Positions 41,537 to 54,289 of a DNA stretch of 64,000 nucleotides are shown here, one piece after another. Within the stretch, counting starts at the first letter, position 1. Every line of letters starts with the position of its first letter. This DNA comes from the human T2T-CHM13v2.0 reference genome, Homo sapiens: NCBI RefSeq assembly GCF_009914755.1, contig NC_060947.1; one strand, given 5' to 3'. Both the position numbers and the translations under genes were made by a program. The notes beneath the pieces are model-generated. The model searched no databases and was not told where the DNA came from. It saw only the letters and a list, made by a program, of their open reading frames with translations.

Positions 41537-43694
41537 TGTGGAATATATATATTATACACATATATATGTTTATATATAAAATACATATTATACATATATT
41601 TGTGGAATATATATTATACATGTGTGTATATATACATATATAATATGTGGAATATATATGTATATACATATATGTATATACACATATATTATGTGGAATA
41701 TATGTGTATATACATATATGTATATACACATATATTATGTGGAATATATGTGTATATACATATATGTATATACACATATATTATGTGGAATATATATGTA
41801 TACACATATATGTATATACACATACACATATACGTATATACACATACACATATACACATATATGTATATACACATACACATATACACATATATGTATATA
41901 CACATACACATATATGTATATACACATACACATATACACATACACATATATGTATATGCACATACACATATACACATACACATATATGTATATGCACATA
42001 CACATATACACATATATGTATATACACATACACATATACACACGTATACATACATGTATATACACACGTGTACATACATGTATATACACAGGTATACATA
42101 CATGTATATACACGCGTATACATACATGTATATACACAGGTATACATACATGTATATACACATACACATATACACATACATGTATATACACATACATGTA
42201 TATACACATACACATATACACATACATGTATATACACATACATGTATATACACATATATGTATACACACACATATGTGTATATACACATACACACATATA
42301 TGTATATACACATACACACATATACATATATGTATATACACATACATGTATATACACACATATACATATATGTATATACACATACATGTATATACACACA
42401 TATACACATATGTATATACACATACACATACATACCTATATGCGTATACATACATATATGTACATGTGCGTATACATGCATATACATATATGTGCATATA
42501 CATACATATACGTATACGTACACATACATACATATACATACGTATATGTATATGTACACATACTTACGTATATGTATATGTACATATACATACATAAACC
42601 TACATACATGTATATATACATATACATACATATATGTATATATACATATACATACATATATGTATATATACATATGCATACATATATGTATATATACATA
42701 TGCATACATACATGTATATATACATATACATATACATACATATATGTATATATACATATACATACATATATGTGCATACATACATATATGTGCATACATA
42801 CATATACATACGTGTGCATATACACATACACATACACAAATATATGTGCATATGTACATATACGTGCATATGTACATATACATACATGTGCATATATACA
42901 CACATACATGTGCATATATACACACATATATGTGTGTATACACACATACATATATGTGTATATACACACATACATATGTGTATATACACACATACATATA
43001 TGTGTATATACACACATACATATATGTGTATACATACGCATACATACATACATATATGTGTATACATACGCATACATACATATATGTGTATACATAGTAC
43101 GCATATATACATATATGTGTATACATACGCATACATACATATATGTGTATACATACGTACGCATATATACATATATGTGTATACATACGTACGCATATAT
43201 ACATATATGTGTATACATACGTACGCATATATACATATATGTGTATACATACGTACGCATATATACATATATGTGTATACATACGTACATATATACATAT
43301 GTGTGTACATACGTACGCATATATACATATGTGTGTACAGACGTATACATATATACATGTGTGTACATACGTATGCATATACACATATGTGTATATATGC
43401 ATATACATGTGTACATATATGTGTATACATATACATATATACATATGTGTATATATATGTGTGTATACATATACATACATATGTATATGTATACACATAT
43501 ATACATATATACGTATATACGTATACATATATACGTATATACATATATAAATATATACATATATACACACATATATACATATATACGTTTATATAATATA
43601 TATGTATATATTATACATATGTATGTATACATATACGTGTATATGTATACACGTATACATATATGTATATATAATACGTACATATATATGTATA
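41537..43694. repeat. 2.15-kb complex (TA/CA/TG) purine-pyrimidine alternating array with 46-bp and 32-bp higher-order units
   Basis: TGTGGAATAT anchors at 41537, 41601, 41646, 41692, 41738, 41784; CGTACGCAT at 43156, 43188, 43220, 43252. Confidence 0.98.
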
Positions 43695-43814
43695 ATGGCT
43701 CTTATTGGTATTGAATACATCTTTGTACTTCTCCAATAAGTTGCAGAGACACACATAGTAGACATTCAGCAAATCTTTGTTGAATTAAATATAAACTTGC
43801 AATATGAACATAAC

Positions 43815-43847
<33 letters not shown>

Positions 43848-44479
43848 TTAACCACTGACTACTGTATTTTTTGGAATGAAGTTGGGCAGAATGCAAGCAA
43901 ACAAATTGATAACATATGCCTTCAAATGACATCTTCTTTAATTGATTTGGAAAATCAAATTATTCACATGACAATGGGATATTTCCTTCTGCTTATTTTT
44001 AGATTGAGCATTCTTTCATTTCAATATTTATATTTATTTAATGTCTCCACTATGAAGTCATAGTGCTATGAACGGGGCTATATTAAGATGAATGAAAGTT
44101 TGAGCTGGGAATGTTATGATCAGAGCTAAAATATGGAGGCTATCGAAGACCTAGGTGAATGTGGTGAGATCCTGAACTAAGCTGAGGGCAGGGCAAATGG
44201 AAAGGGGAAGCAAGTCTGTACTATTTGGCCCAGACTCTGAGAACAGGCACATAAATATTACTTAAAGATCTGCCATTCAAGCTCATACTAGACACCAGAA
44301 TCTTATTGAATATTACATGCCCCAAAATGATGCAGATAAAGAGGGAGATAGAGCTGACAGTGTGTTTAAAGATGATGTTTCGATGAAAGATAAATGCATA
44401 TTCAGAATTCTAAAAAAAAAAATCCCATGAGATAAACAGCTGAGAAGAGCTCATTAGAAAGAACGATCCTTACACAGGA

Positions 44480-47180
44480 AGAAAGCCTCTTTCTCTCTGC
44501 TCATAGAGCACTCTGTTCATGCCTATTATAGCCTTAATTAGATTAGATTGTAATATGTTATTTACATTTCTCCCATAACTTTGAGTACAGGAATCACATA
44601 TTATCCATCTTTGTGTCCACCTAGCACTATGCCTGACACATAGTAGACACTACTCAGTAAGTGATTGCTGATTGTCATCCTTCTTGACTTGTCTGCAACA
44701 TTTATAATTATTGACATTGGCCTTCTTGAAACATGCTTACTCTTTGCTTTCATGACACTGGATTCTCTTGGCTCTTCTATCTTCTCCCTAGTAAGTCATT
44801 TTCAGTTTTCTTTGCTAAGTCTTCTTTCCCGCAACTACCTTTACAAGTATTGGTATTCTTCAAGGTACTGTCCTTCCCCCCCTTCTTTTCATTTATATTA
44901 AATACCAAAAAAATTGTTAAAACTTTATCTCCATAAATATATTACTCCTTTTACATTCTTTCTACTCTTGCCTTCTGAAACTTCACTTAGATATACTTGA
45001 GACTTTTCTTAATGCAATCCTCAATGTCTTTTAGCCTCTTTCAGAATTTTATTTCATAGCTTTGTGCTTCTTACTGGGAAATACCATTTGACCTATTTTC
45101 CAACTCACGAATTGTCTTCAGCTCTCTGTTTAACCCATCCAAGGAGATTTTATTTTGTACTTAAATTATATTTTCCACTTCTCACATCCATTTTGGTCTC
45201 TTTTTTAAAAAAATCTTCCTGCTCAGTTTTCACAGTTTCTTATTTTGTAATCATCTTTAAATTCCCTTTTATTTATTTTAGCATATTGAACATCCTTATT
45301 TTCTATTCAATATTGGATCATTCTTATCTTTCTGAGCCTTTGTGGCTCTGTTTCTGCAGACTGTCATTCAAAACGGTTTGTTTCTTTGTAGATTTCATGA
45401 TTTTGTTTCATTGTGAGCTCATGTTCTTTGGAATTTTATCTGTGGGAATTCTTTGAGGCCACTTAACCATTCTTCTAGCAGAAATTTTAATTTGCTACTA
45501 CGGTGTGCCTAGGGGTGCTATTAACCAAGGACCACCATAAACTAACTTTTCTGAATGATGGTTTCGAAGACACAGGAATAGAATTCTGCTCCTAAAACTG
45601 CTTGAGTGTGAGTATGTGGTTGGGAATTCTCAGAGGAAATAATTTTTCCCCACACTCTTCTGCCTCATCCCTGGACAGATAAGTATCTTTTATGTAGAGA
45701 TAGGGTATTTTCTAGGCCACTCACTGAGGTAGTCACTGTTAGAGGATTTTAGCTTTATGATAGACTCTCCAATCGGCTTGACTGCCTTGCGTGGGTGCCA
45801 GGCTTTACAGCCTGTTTTGGTCCTGCCACACAGTCCTTTAATACTGACTCTAGGCCACCAGGGATAAGCAGATACTTCCAAGACAAACCTTGGCTGGATT
45901 ACCTTTAGAAAACCAGGCTTTATTGTCTGGCCTCTGATTGTTTTCCTTACTTATCTTCAGCTCAGCTCCACTTTAAAAACATTTTAAATATTCTATCCAG
46001 CTTTTCAGGCACTCTTTTTTTGGAAGGGTTTCCCTACACACCTATCCTATTGCCTGAAGCAGAAAATGTTCTCTTATTTAATACTATTTTCCCTGGCTAG
46101 TTTCATCCTCTTTCGACTATATTTTCTCTCTGGATGAGTCTCAAATCTACATTCTGGCCTTTTTCTTGAGGTTCAGACATGACTAACTCTCCCTGTCCCA
46201 AGTTTACTCTTTGTCCTATGCCTAATTTCTCAGTAAGGGGCACAATAATCTGCCTTATCAATCAGGCTAGAAATGTTAACATCCACTTCAGATCATTTCT
46301 GTCTCTCATACTCAGTTACCAGTTCCTGTAATTACCTACTGTGAAATTGTCTCAGGTTATCCCTTCTTTTTCATTCCCTGTGGAAACACCTTCATTCAGG
46401 CTCTTGCCCATCCCTCATCTAGACAATATCCCTAGTCACACAACTGATAGTTGACCTCTGACCTTTTCATGATTGAAGCTGCCACTGAAATTCTCCTTCG
46501 AAATCACGGATCTGATCATATCACTTGCCTGCACAAAAACCATGATTGACTTTCCATTGCCTATTAAAGAAGGAATAAAATCCTGATGTCTTTGCTTAGT
46601 GTTCAAGGTACACAGCAATGGGGTAGCGATCTTTACAGCCTTTTCATTGCGACTCCTTATTCTGTGATACATGCAATGCTCCAGTTATACTATACTTGTC
46701 ACTCTGTGATTTAGCTCCTTTACCTGAAATACCCTTTCCCTCATCTCCATCTACCAAAATCCCACTTGTCATTTAAGGCTCAGTTCAATTTTTACTCCCT
46801 CCATGAGGCCTTCCCAGATATTAAATACACCTTCATCTGCACTCCCATAGCAGTTTGCCTATATCTTTTGTGGCACGTACCATATTGTTCCTTTTATTAG
46901 AGATCATTTAGATATTTCTTTTTCCTACCAGATTCTGAATCTTTGAAGGCATGAGAGGATGGCAGTTGCATATGGTGGCTCTGGGATCAAAAAGATCAGG
47001 CTCAAACCTTGATCCCATCACTAGCTGTGTGACTTTGGGCTTAACCTCTCTGAATTTCAGTTTCCTGATTTACAAAAGGCAGTATAGTAGCGTTGTAAAG
47101 TTTAAATTACCTAATTCATGTAAAGACTTTAGCACAGTGCTTGGCACAGAGTAACTGTTCAATACGTATTCACTATTATT
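44480..47180. mobile_element. Mosaic of ancient L2, L1M-like and MIR fragments
   Basis: L2 3' motifs (TGCCTGACACATAGTAG, CTCAAATCTACAT, CTGATCATATCACT), T-rich reverse-L1-like block about 44900-46070, MIR about 46950-47180; boundaries approximate. Confidence 0.6.
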
Positions 47181-48012
47181 ATTAAAGATAAGTGGTACAG
47201 CTTGTTCATCTTTCTGTCTTCAGCAGTTCCTCGAGCTTCATCTCTTCCTGCACCCCTCTTCTCCTTCCAGGGCTTAGCCCAGAACCTTGCACAGACTAAG
47301 TAATTGCTAAATTCTTCTGGAGCAAATGCTGAAAACATCAGACAGTTTTTATATAAAACATTTAATTCAGTCTGAGTAGGAACAGTTCATGTTTGTATGA
47401 GACACCAACAAACGAATGCTTATGGGATGTCCCTGCAAGATATATCAATGGAACATCCTGTCTGAGCACCAAAGAGCAGCCCCTTTCAGTATTGTCTGAA
47501 CAAGCTGGCCTTACGAGGAGTGGTGAAAGAGAAGGGGGAGGTTTCATATCCTAAGGAAGTGTTTGGAACTTAATGAGAAGTGTAGGCTGAGAAAATGACC
47601 CTGCTCTTTGAAAATCAAATGCAGCTACTGAATGTGAGGCTTACACACAGCCAAGGCCATGTATGAGCAACAGGGGCCAGAGTTTTGCAAAATCTTTTTC
47701 CTGGCCTGTGGTGAATTTTGAATCAAACCCACTCAGCATTTTGCTCTCTATAGACACAGCACATTTTTTCTCTAAATCCTCACTCTCAGCATGCTTACTA
47801 ACCAACATTCCTGATAAAAACCAATGAAACCAAATGAATTATTTCGGGTGAGATATGAAGTTGGTCTTCCCCCCATGTCTTGCTCCAGTACCACAACTGT
47901 TTATGCTACACTTTACATTCCTTGAAACTACCAATATTCCAAAGTTATCTTCCTCAGATTCCATAGTTTTTTCTGTTCTAGAAAAACAAAAACACCACAT
48001 TTTATGACATAC

Positions 48013-48106
48013 CTGTTCTAATGTTATCAGTAAGATTCTCATAAAGGTGAAAGGTTTTCAAGTCCAAATTTTGTTTTTTTAACTCTTCCTGAATTATATC
48101 TTGCAT
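48013..48106 (-). other. Candidate alternative coding first exon (MQDIIQEELKKQNLDLKTFHLYENLTDNIRT, phase-1 end)
   Basis: GCAGCTATG start, 31 open codons ending at consensus donor CAG|GTATGT, in unique AT-rich sequence. Confidence 0.3.
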
Positions 48107-48708
48107 AGCTGCAAATCCATCAAAATGCTCAAACGATTCTATATATGTTTCCAAGTTTACTTATGAATTTGAGAACAGTTTAGACTTTTGCTGCTTTAAG
48201 CTAACTATTTTAGGAATGTGGAGCTTTATCATTCAGAGATGATAAAAATGGAATTTTCCTTTAGCCTCACAGCACACACAACTCAATGGTATTTCTGAAA
48301 TCTGATTGTTTCCCCTTGGGTAAAGAGTATGGAACAGCTCTATTACATGATATACTCCAGGTGACCCTCCACACCACACTCTCCCTGACAAGAAATTCAA
48401 TTAAAAGGCTTTGTTTTTGAAACCAAAGATTATATACATGGCTGCCTGGCTGATCTTTATTTGTACATGTAACTCTTGATTCCTAACCTGTCCCTTCCAT
48501 TGGAAAAATCAGTGGCCCAGGATATATATAGTAAATGTCATTCAGTTCTATCTCCTAAATAGTTTTTCTTTGATAGTATCTGCTCTCTCTTCCTCAATAT
48601 TGATCTCGCCCTCAGTTAGCTGTCAATTAATCACTGACAAGGTCTTGGCTGATAAGGCTTAAGCCATGAGTTTCTAAGAGTTGTGTGTGCATGCATTGTG
48701 TGTGTGTC

Positions 48709-48742
<34 letters not shown>

Positions 48743-49307
48743 GAAAATAAGGAGAGGAGAGTCAAGAGTCAGAAGAAAGGAAGGGAGAACCCAGAAAGTA
48801 GAAAATAGTGAGGCATGACAGAAGCAACCAGCATGAAGACCTAGAAAGTGAAGCCAGGGTATTGTTTTCTGGCTAGGAATTCCTAGCCTAAGGCGTTACC
48901 AATCTGAGTTAATGAAAATCTTCTTTAATACCCAACCAGTTTTATTACTTGAAAGTTTTCATGGCAGAACTTTAGGCACCTTGGCAATTCCGGGGGAAGA
49001 TAGTTTGGAGATGGCCTTATAATTCAGAGTGATCTTCTCAGTGGTGTAATCTGTGTGGTGCAAAGCAGAATCCCTGACTCCGGTCACTACTCAGACCTTA
49101 TTGAATCTGCGAGGCGAAGAGTGGGAAACTGTTTCTTGTCATACTTTATGGCCCAGACAAGGCAATATGAGTTTATTTTGCTTCAGGGGTTGAAGTTTTT
49201 GGAGCCCTCCTTTTCCTATTTCAGTTCCACTAACTCTAATGCTATTGAAGAGGTAGAAGGTGAGGCACATACAAATCTAGTTTGACACCCACAAGTAAGC
49301 TACCTAG

Positions 49308-50305
49308 TGTCAATTGAAGAATGATGAAGTTCACAAATTTGGAAAAGAGAGCTTTATTTCTCATAAAGGGTTGTAGCCTGCAGGGTGGCCATTCTGACAG
49401 GCTGGGAAGCAGAGCCTCCTGCCAGAAGCTAGAAACAGATGCTTTAAGGGAGGAGCAAAAGGAACAGGAATTTATGCTGAGCAGGGTGGCTGAATATACA
49501 TATTCAATAAGCTATAGGAGGAGTCATGAATATTTATGAAAGGAGAACTGCACATATATAACTGAGCTTCATGCCCCTTCATGGGTCCTGTGTACAAAAA
49601 AATGGTGGTGTTAGCATGATCTGAGGGTAGAGTTTTTGGCTTTCTGACATCAAAAGGTGAAGTGGGAGACATGAAAACCCTTGCTGCACATCCTTCATAG
49701 ACTGGTCAGACCACTCCGTGGTCAGTGCTCTCTTACGCAAAAAAAGGAGGGTCAGCATCAGGAGGTTGGTTCATATCAGTGGTACAGTCTTTTGAAAAGG
49801 CTGGTTACCGTTAAACCCTTAGGGAAGAAAGTCTAATTGTGGTTAGGGAGGGAGGGAGGGAGGGAGAATAATGAGGCATATCTGACTCCCCATTCCGTCA
49901 TGGCTAAGAATTCACTTTCTTTCTCTCTCTCGCTCTCTCTCTCTCCCTTTTCTCTTTATTTTATCTCTCTTTCTTCTTTCTGTTTTCTTTTTTCTTCTTT
50001 CTTTCTCTCTCTCTTTCTTTCTTTTTCTTCCTTTCTTTCTTTCTTTTTCTTCCTTTCTTCTTTTTTGTTGAGTCAGTATCTTGCTCCCAGACTGGAGTGC
50101 AGTGGTGCAATAATGGCTTGCTGCAGCCTCAACCTCCTGGGCTCAAACAATCCTCCTCCCTCAGCCTCCCAAAGTGCTAGGATTACAGATGAGAGCCACT
50201 GTGCTTATCCAGCATTAGAACTCACTTTTCAAGGTTACTCTGGAATCCTATTGGCTGAGAGATGGCCAATTCAGTCAGTTTGGGTACTTAGAATTTTAGT
50301 TTACA
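49308..50305 (-). mobile_element. ERV1 (MER4-group) solo LTR, subfamily uncertain, carrying an Alu insertion
   Basis: TG...CA termini (minus strand starts TGTAAACTAAAATTCTAAG); 4-bp TSD CTAG on both sides. Confidence 0.85.
49915..50212 (-). mobile_element. Short Alu (FLAM or internally deleted AluJ) with expanded CT-rich tail inside the LTR
   Basis: TSD AGAATTCACTTT / AGAACTCACTTT. Confidence 0.85.
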
Positions 50306-50926
50306 CTAGGAATAATTGGCCATACAACCTCCTCCAGAAAAGCAGCCAGATCTTTTATATTGTGCTTGTATGAGGCCTGACCTCATTTCCAAGTCTCCCC
50401 TGGAGGAACCCTTGTGAGGTAGGTGAGTCTTTTGGTTGCTCCCCTGTTGTCTTCCTCTGGGATTTCCCAACCCCAGCTGCTTACTTCATTCCCTCAGGGC
50501 CTTGGTTTCATTCAGTCTACTATAAAAGCACCTTTACTTCAGGTATCAGGCCTGCCCATGATAAGGCTTTGTTATTATAATGTTCATCCTCATGTAGTTT
50601 TTCATTTTGCAGGACAGACACAAATATACGGCAAGGTGGGCCTTTCCAAACAGCTTAATCAGGACCTCTTGAAGACAGAAAATCTTTCAAAAATGTAAGT
50701 GTTTATTTTCTGCTCCTGCCTGCTGTTTCTATTATGTCTCCACAGGAATATTGTTGATCTTCAATGGTGTATTTTGGTGAATGTAATATGTGATGGGGAG
50801 GGGGAGCAGAGCCTCCCTTAAAATCCTTCAGTCAAGCAACCTAGACATTATCTAGGCAGTGAATAATTGTTCCATCTCTTCGGAAGCCCAGCCACATCCA
50901 CAATTAAGAAAAGGAAAGCATCATGC

Positions 50927-51290
50927 TTGCCTTAGTTCACACTACTATAACAAAATGCCATAAACTGGATGGCTTACACACAAAAGAAATGTATTTCTCA
51001 TATTTCTGGAGTCTGGGGAGTCCAAGATCAAAGAATTGATAGATGTGGTGTCTGGAGAGGGCCTGCCCTCTGGTTTGTAGATGGCACCTTCTCGCTGTGT
51101 CCTCACGTGCTGAAGGACGAAAGGCAGTTCTCTGGGGTTGTCTTTTATAAGTGCACTAATCCCATTCATGAGGGCTCTCTTCTCATGACCTAATAATCTC
51201 CCAAAGGCTCCATCTCCTAACACCATCACATTGGTGATTGGGCTTCAACATATGACTGTGGTGGGGATACGTATAGTCAGACCGTAGCAG
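50927..51290 (-). mobile_element. MaLR LTR (MLT1A-like)
   Basis: CTTAGTTCA..CTATAACAAAATGCCATAAACTGG...CACTAATCCCATTCATGAGGG...CAGACCGTAGCA. Confidence 0.87.
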
Positions 51291-51296
51291 TGCTAT

Positions 51297-51440
51297 AGCA
51301 CTGGTTCTCACCTTGCCTGTATGTTATAAACATTGGAGATACTTTAAAAACACTGATGGGTCTTGCGTGAAGCTTGAGCACCCAGATTGTTTGAAGCTCC
51401 CCAGGTGAGTATAATATATAGCCAGGCCTGAGAGCTACTT
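51297..51440. mobile_element. MER5A fragment
   Basis: TGGTTCTCA...AAGCTCCCCAGGTGA...TGAGAGCTACT. Confidence 0.7.
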
Positions 51441-51679
51441 TGTTACAGTGTGAAGTTCTTGCTGACAAATGGCATCCTATGTCATATCAGAGTTTGATTG
51501 AATTTTCCTCTGTCAACAATCATCTTCTTTGAAAAAACAGGTGAGGGCCAAAAATGGTGCTCAATATTTACCAACCTGAATCCTGATACTAACCCTTCTT
51601 CTTGTTGAATCTTAACTAGCAGTATTGGTAATATTCGCTTTTATTCTCTAGCAATTAATTATTAGAATTGGGTATATTT

Positions 51680-51788
51680 TGGGAGACAACATCCTTGCTG
51701 CCTGGGACTGAGGAGTTTCCTAGGATGTAGAATTTTGGTTTTTAAACTAGACTGTGCCAGAAAAACTGGGATGAATAGGCTACCCTAG
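51680..51788. mobile_element. hAT-Blackjack MITE (MER81/MER94-like)
   Basis: Degenerate GGG.GAC.AC..CC..GCCTGGGACT ... AAACTGGGATGA..GG..ACCCTA terminal inverted repeats. Confidence 0.55.
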
Positions 51789-52195
51789 ATACATATGAGA
51801 AGAGGACATAAACCATACAGTTATTTGTGCAGTCACATTCTAAGGATTACAAATTGGGAGAATGTGCAACATGGAGGCAATGCTTTTTGCAGAAATCTAC
51901 CACTTTCTATGGACAAGTGAAATCATTCAGTTTGATTTACTTGGCACAGTTCTACAAAGGAAAAGTTCGCAGTTACAATGGCTCATAAATAGCAAAAACA
52001 AACAAAACAGAACCACCAACGTTCCACATTCACTTCTTGACCTGGACTTGTGTAGCTTGGTTAGAGTTTGAGCTCCTGCCTAGTGATTATCGAGAGGCAA
52101 TTGGGTAGTTTACATGATGAATGGTATCAGCACAGAAGTCCAATTGTGACCAAAAGCCCAAAAAGTATTCATCTTATTATGTGTATGTTGAATAG

Positions 52196-52925
<730 letters not shown>

Positions 52926-53136
52926 TAGGACAATGCTATTTTATTATCCTCAGGTGGAGAAGGTTAGAGTTGAGCAATGGGCCCTTGGTAACTTTAGATA
53001 GGAGGAATGCAGATTTTAGTATATTAACACATACATTTTATGTAAAATTAGTCACAAAAATATAAACATTTTGTGGTAGTCTGTGTATCTTTAATACAAA
53101 CTGGCAATGTATATAGTGGTTAAAAAATTGGCTTTA

Positions 53137-53428
53137 GGGCCAGGCGGGGTGGCTCACATCTGTAATCCTAGCACTTTGGGAGACTGAGGTGGGTGGATCA
53201 CTTGAGGCCAGGAGTTTGAGACCAGCCTGGGCAACATGGCGAAAACCCGCCTCTACTAAAAATACAAAAATTCGCCAGGCGTGGTGGCACGCGCCTACAG
53301 TCCCAGCTACTCAGAAGGCTGAGGCATAAGAATCACTTGAACTCAGGAGGCGGTAGTTGCAGTGAGCCAAGATCATGCCACTGCACTTCAGATTAGGTGA
53401 CAGAGCCAGACTCCATCTGAAAATAAAA
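53137..53428 (+). mobile_element. AluS inserted in a MIR
   Basis: TSD AAAAA(T/A)TGGCTTTAG. Confidence 0.95.
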
Positions 53429-53604
53429 AATGGCTTTAGAATCAGACAGATGGGTTCAAAAGCTGGTTCCACTTCTTGGAACCTTGTGACGTGACCTTGG
53501 AAAAATTACTTAACCTTCCCAATTCTGTTTCATCATCTGTGTATTAAAGATAATTATACTTCCCTTGTGGACTTGTGAGAATTATATGAAAAAATAGATA
53601 TAAA

Positions 53605-53812
53605 GCAGAGTTTCTCAACCTCAGCACTACTGACATGTGTGACCACATAATGCTTTGTTTCAGGGGCCTGTCCTGTGAGTTGTAGGATATGTAGCAGCAT
53701 TTCTGGCCTTTACCCGCAACTACTCTCCAAGAAGTGACAACCAAAAATGTCTCCAGACAATGCCAAAAGACCCCTGGGGTCATGGGAGAATTGCCACTGG
53801 TTGAGAACCATT
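53605..53812. mobile_element. MER20 (hAT-Charlie) inside the same MIR
   Basis: CAGAGTTTCTCAACCTCAGCACTACTGACAT...TGACAACCAAAAATGTCTCCAGACA..GTTGAGAACCA. Confidence 0.9.
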
Positions 53813-54035
53813 GGACATAAAGTGATTAGTGTGATACCTAGAAAATAGCAGGTACCCAATAAGTGGTAGCAATTATAATTATTAATACTATATCAAAATT
53901 AGAGCTCTTATTCCTGATGTGGTACCTTAAACATATGTAAGTATTTTAACTATAACTAAGAATAAACTCTCAGACTTATTCTTCTAGGCTGTGAAAGCCA
54001 GTCTTATTCTGCTGAGAGCAATATCAGAAAACATC

Positions 54036-54262
54036 ACTTTTCTGCCTCGCGTCTCCTGCACCTACTAGTCCTGCAAATCTAAGATCTTTTAGGTATAGTG
54101 ATGTTACTCAACCATTTTCAACATGAATATATGAACAGTGAATATAATTTAGCTATTTTTAAGTAGTTTATGAATGTTTAAAATGGTTGAATAACATCAC
54201 TATACCTAAAAGATCTTAGATTTGTATTACCAGTAGGTGCAGGAGATGCGAGGCAGAAAAGT
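54036..54262. repeat. Long inverted repeat: 89-bp arms, 49-nt spacer
   Basis: 54036-54124 vs reverse complement of 54174-54262: ungapped, 82/89 identical by manual alignment. Confidence 0.97.
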
Positions 54263-54289
54263 TTAAGGCATTTGAGACACAATCTTTTC

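Noticed and set aside
41537-41800. Regularly spaced TGTGGAATAT repeats resembling a CRISPR array
   Set aside because: Spacers are near-identical low-complexity sequence, there are no cas genes, and the context is a primate genome
41480-43714. 744-aa and other long Tyr/Ile/His/Thr/Cys/Val/Met-rich ORFs on both strands
   Set aside because: Artefact of RY alternation, which cannot contain YRR stop codons; no domain, no splice context
48871-48888. Perfect 18-bp palindrome GGCTAGGAATTCCTAGCC
   Set aside because: About 0.24 such palindromes are expected by chance in 64 kb (64000 x 4^-9); no supporting context
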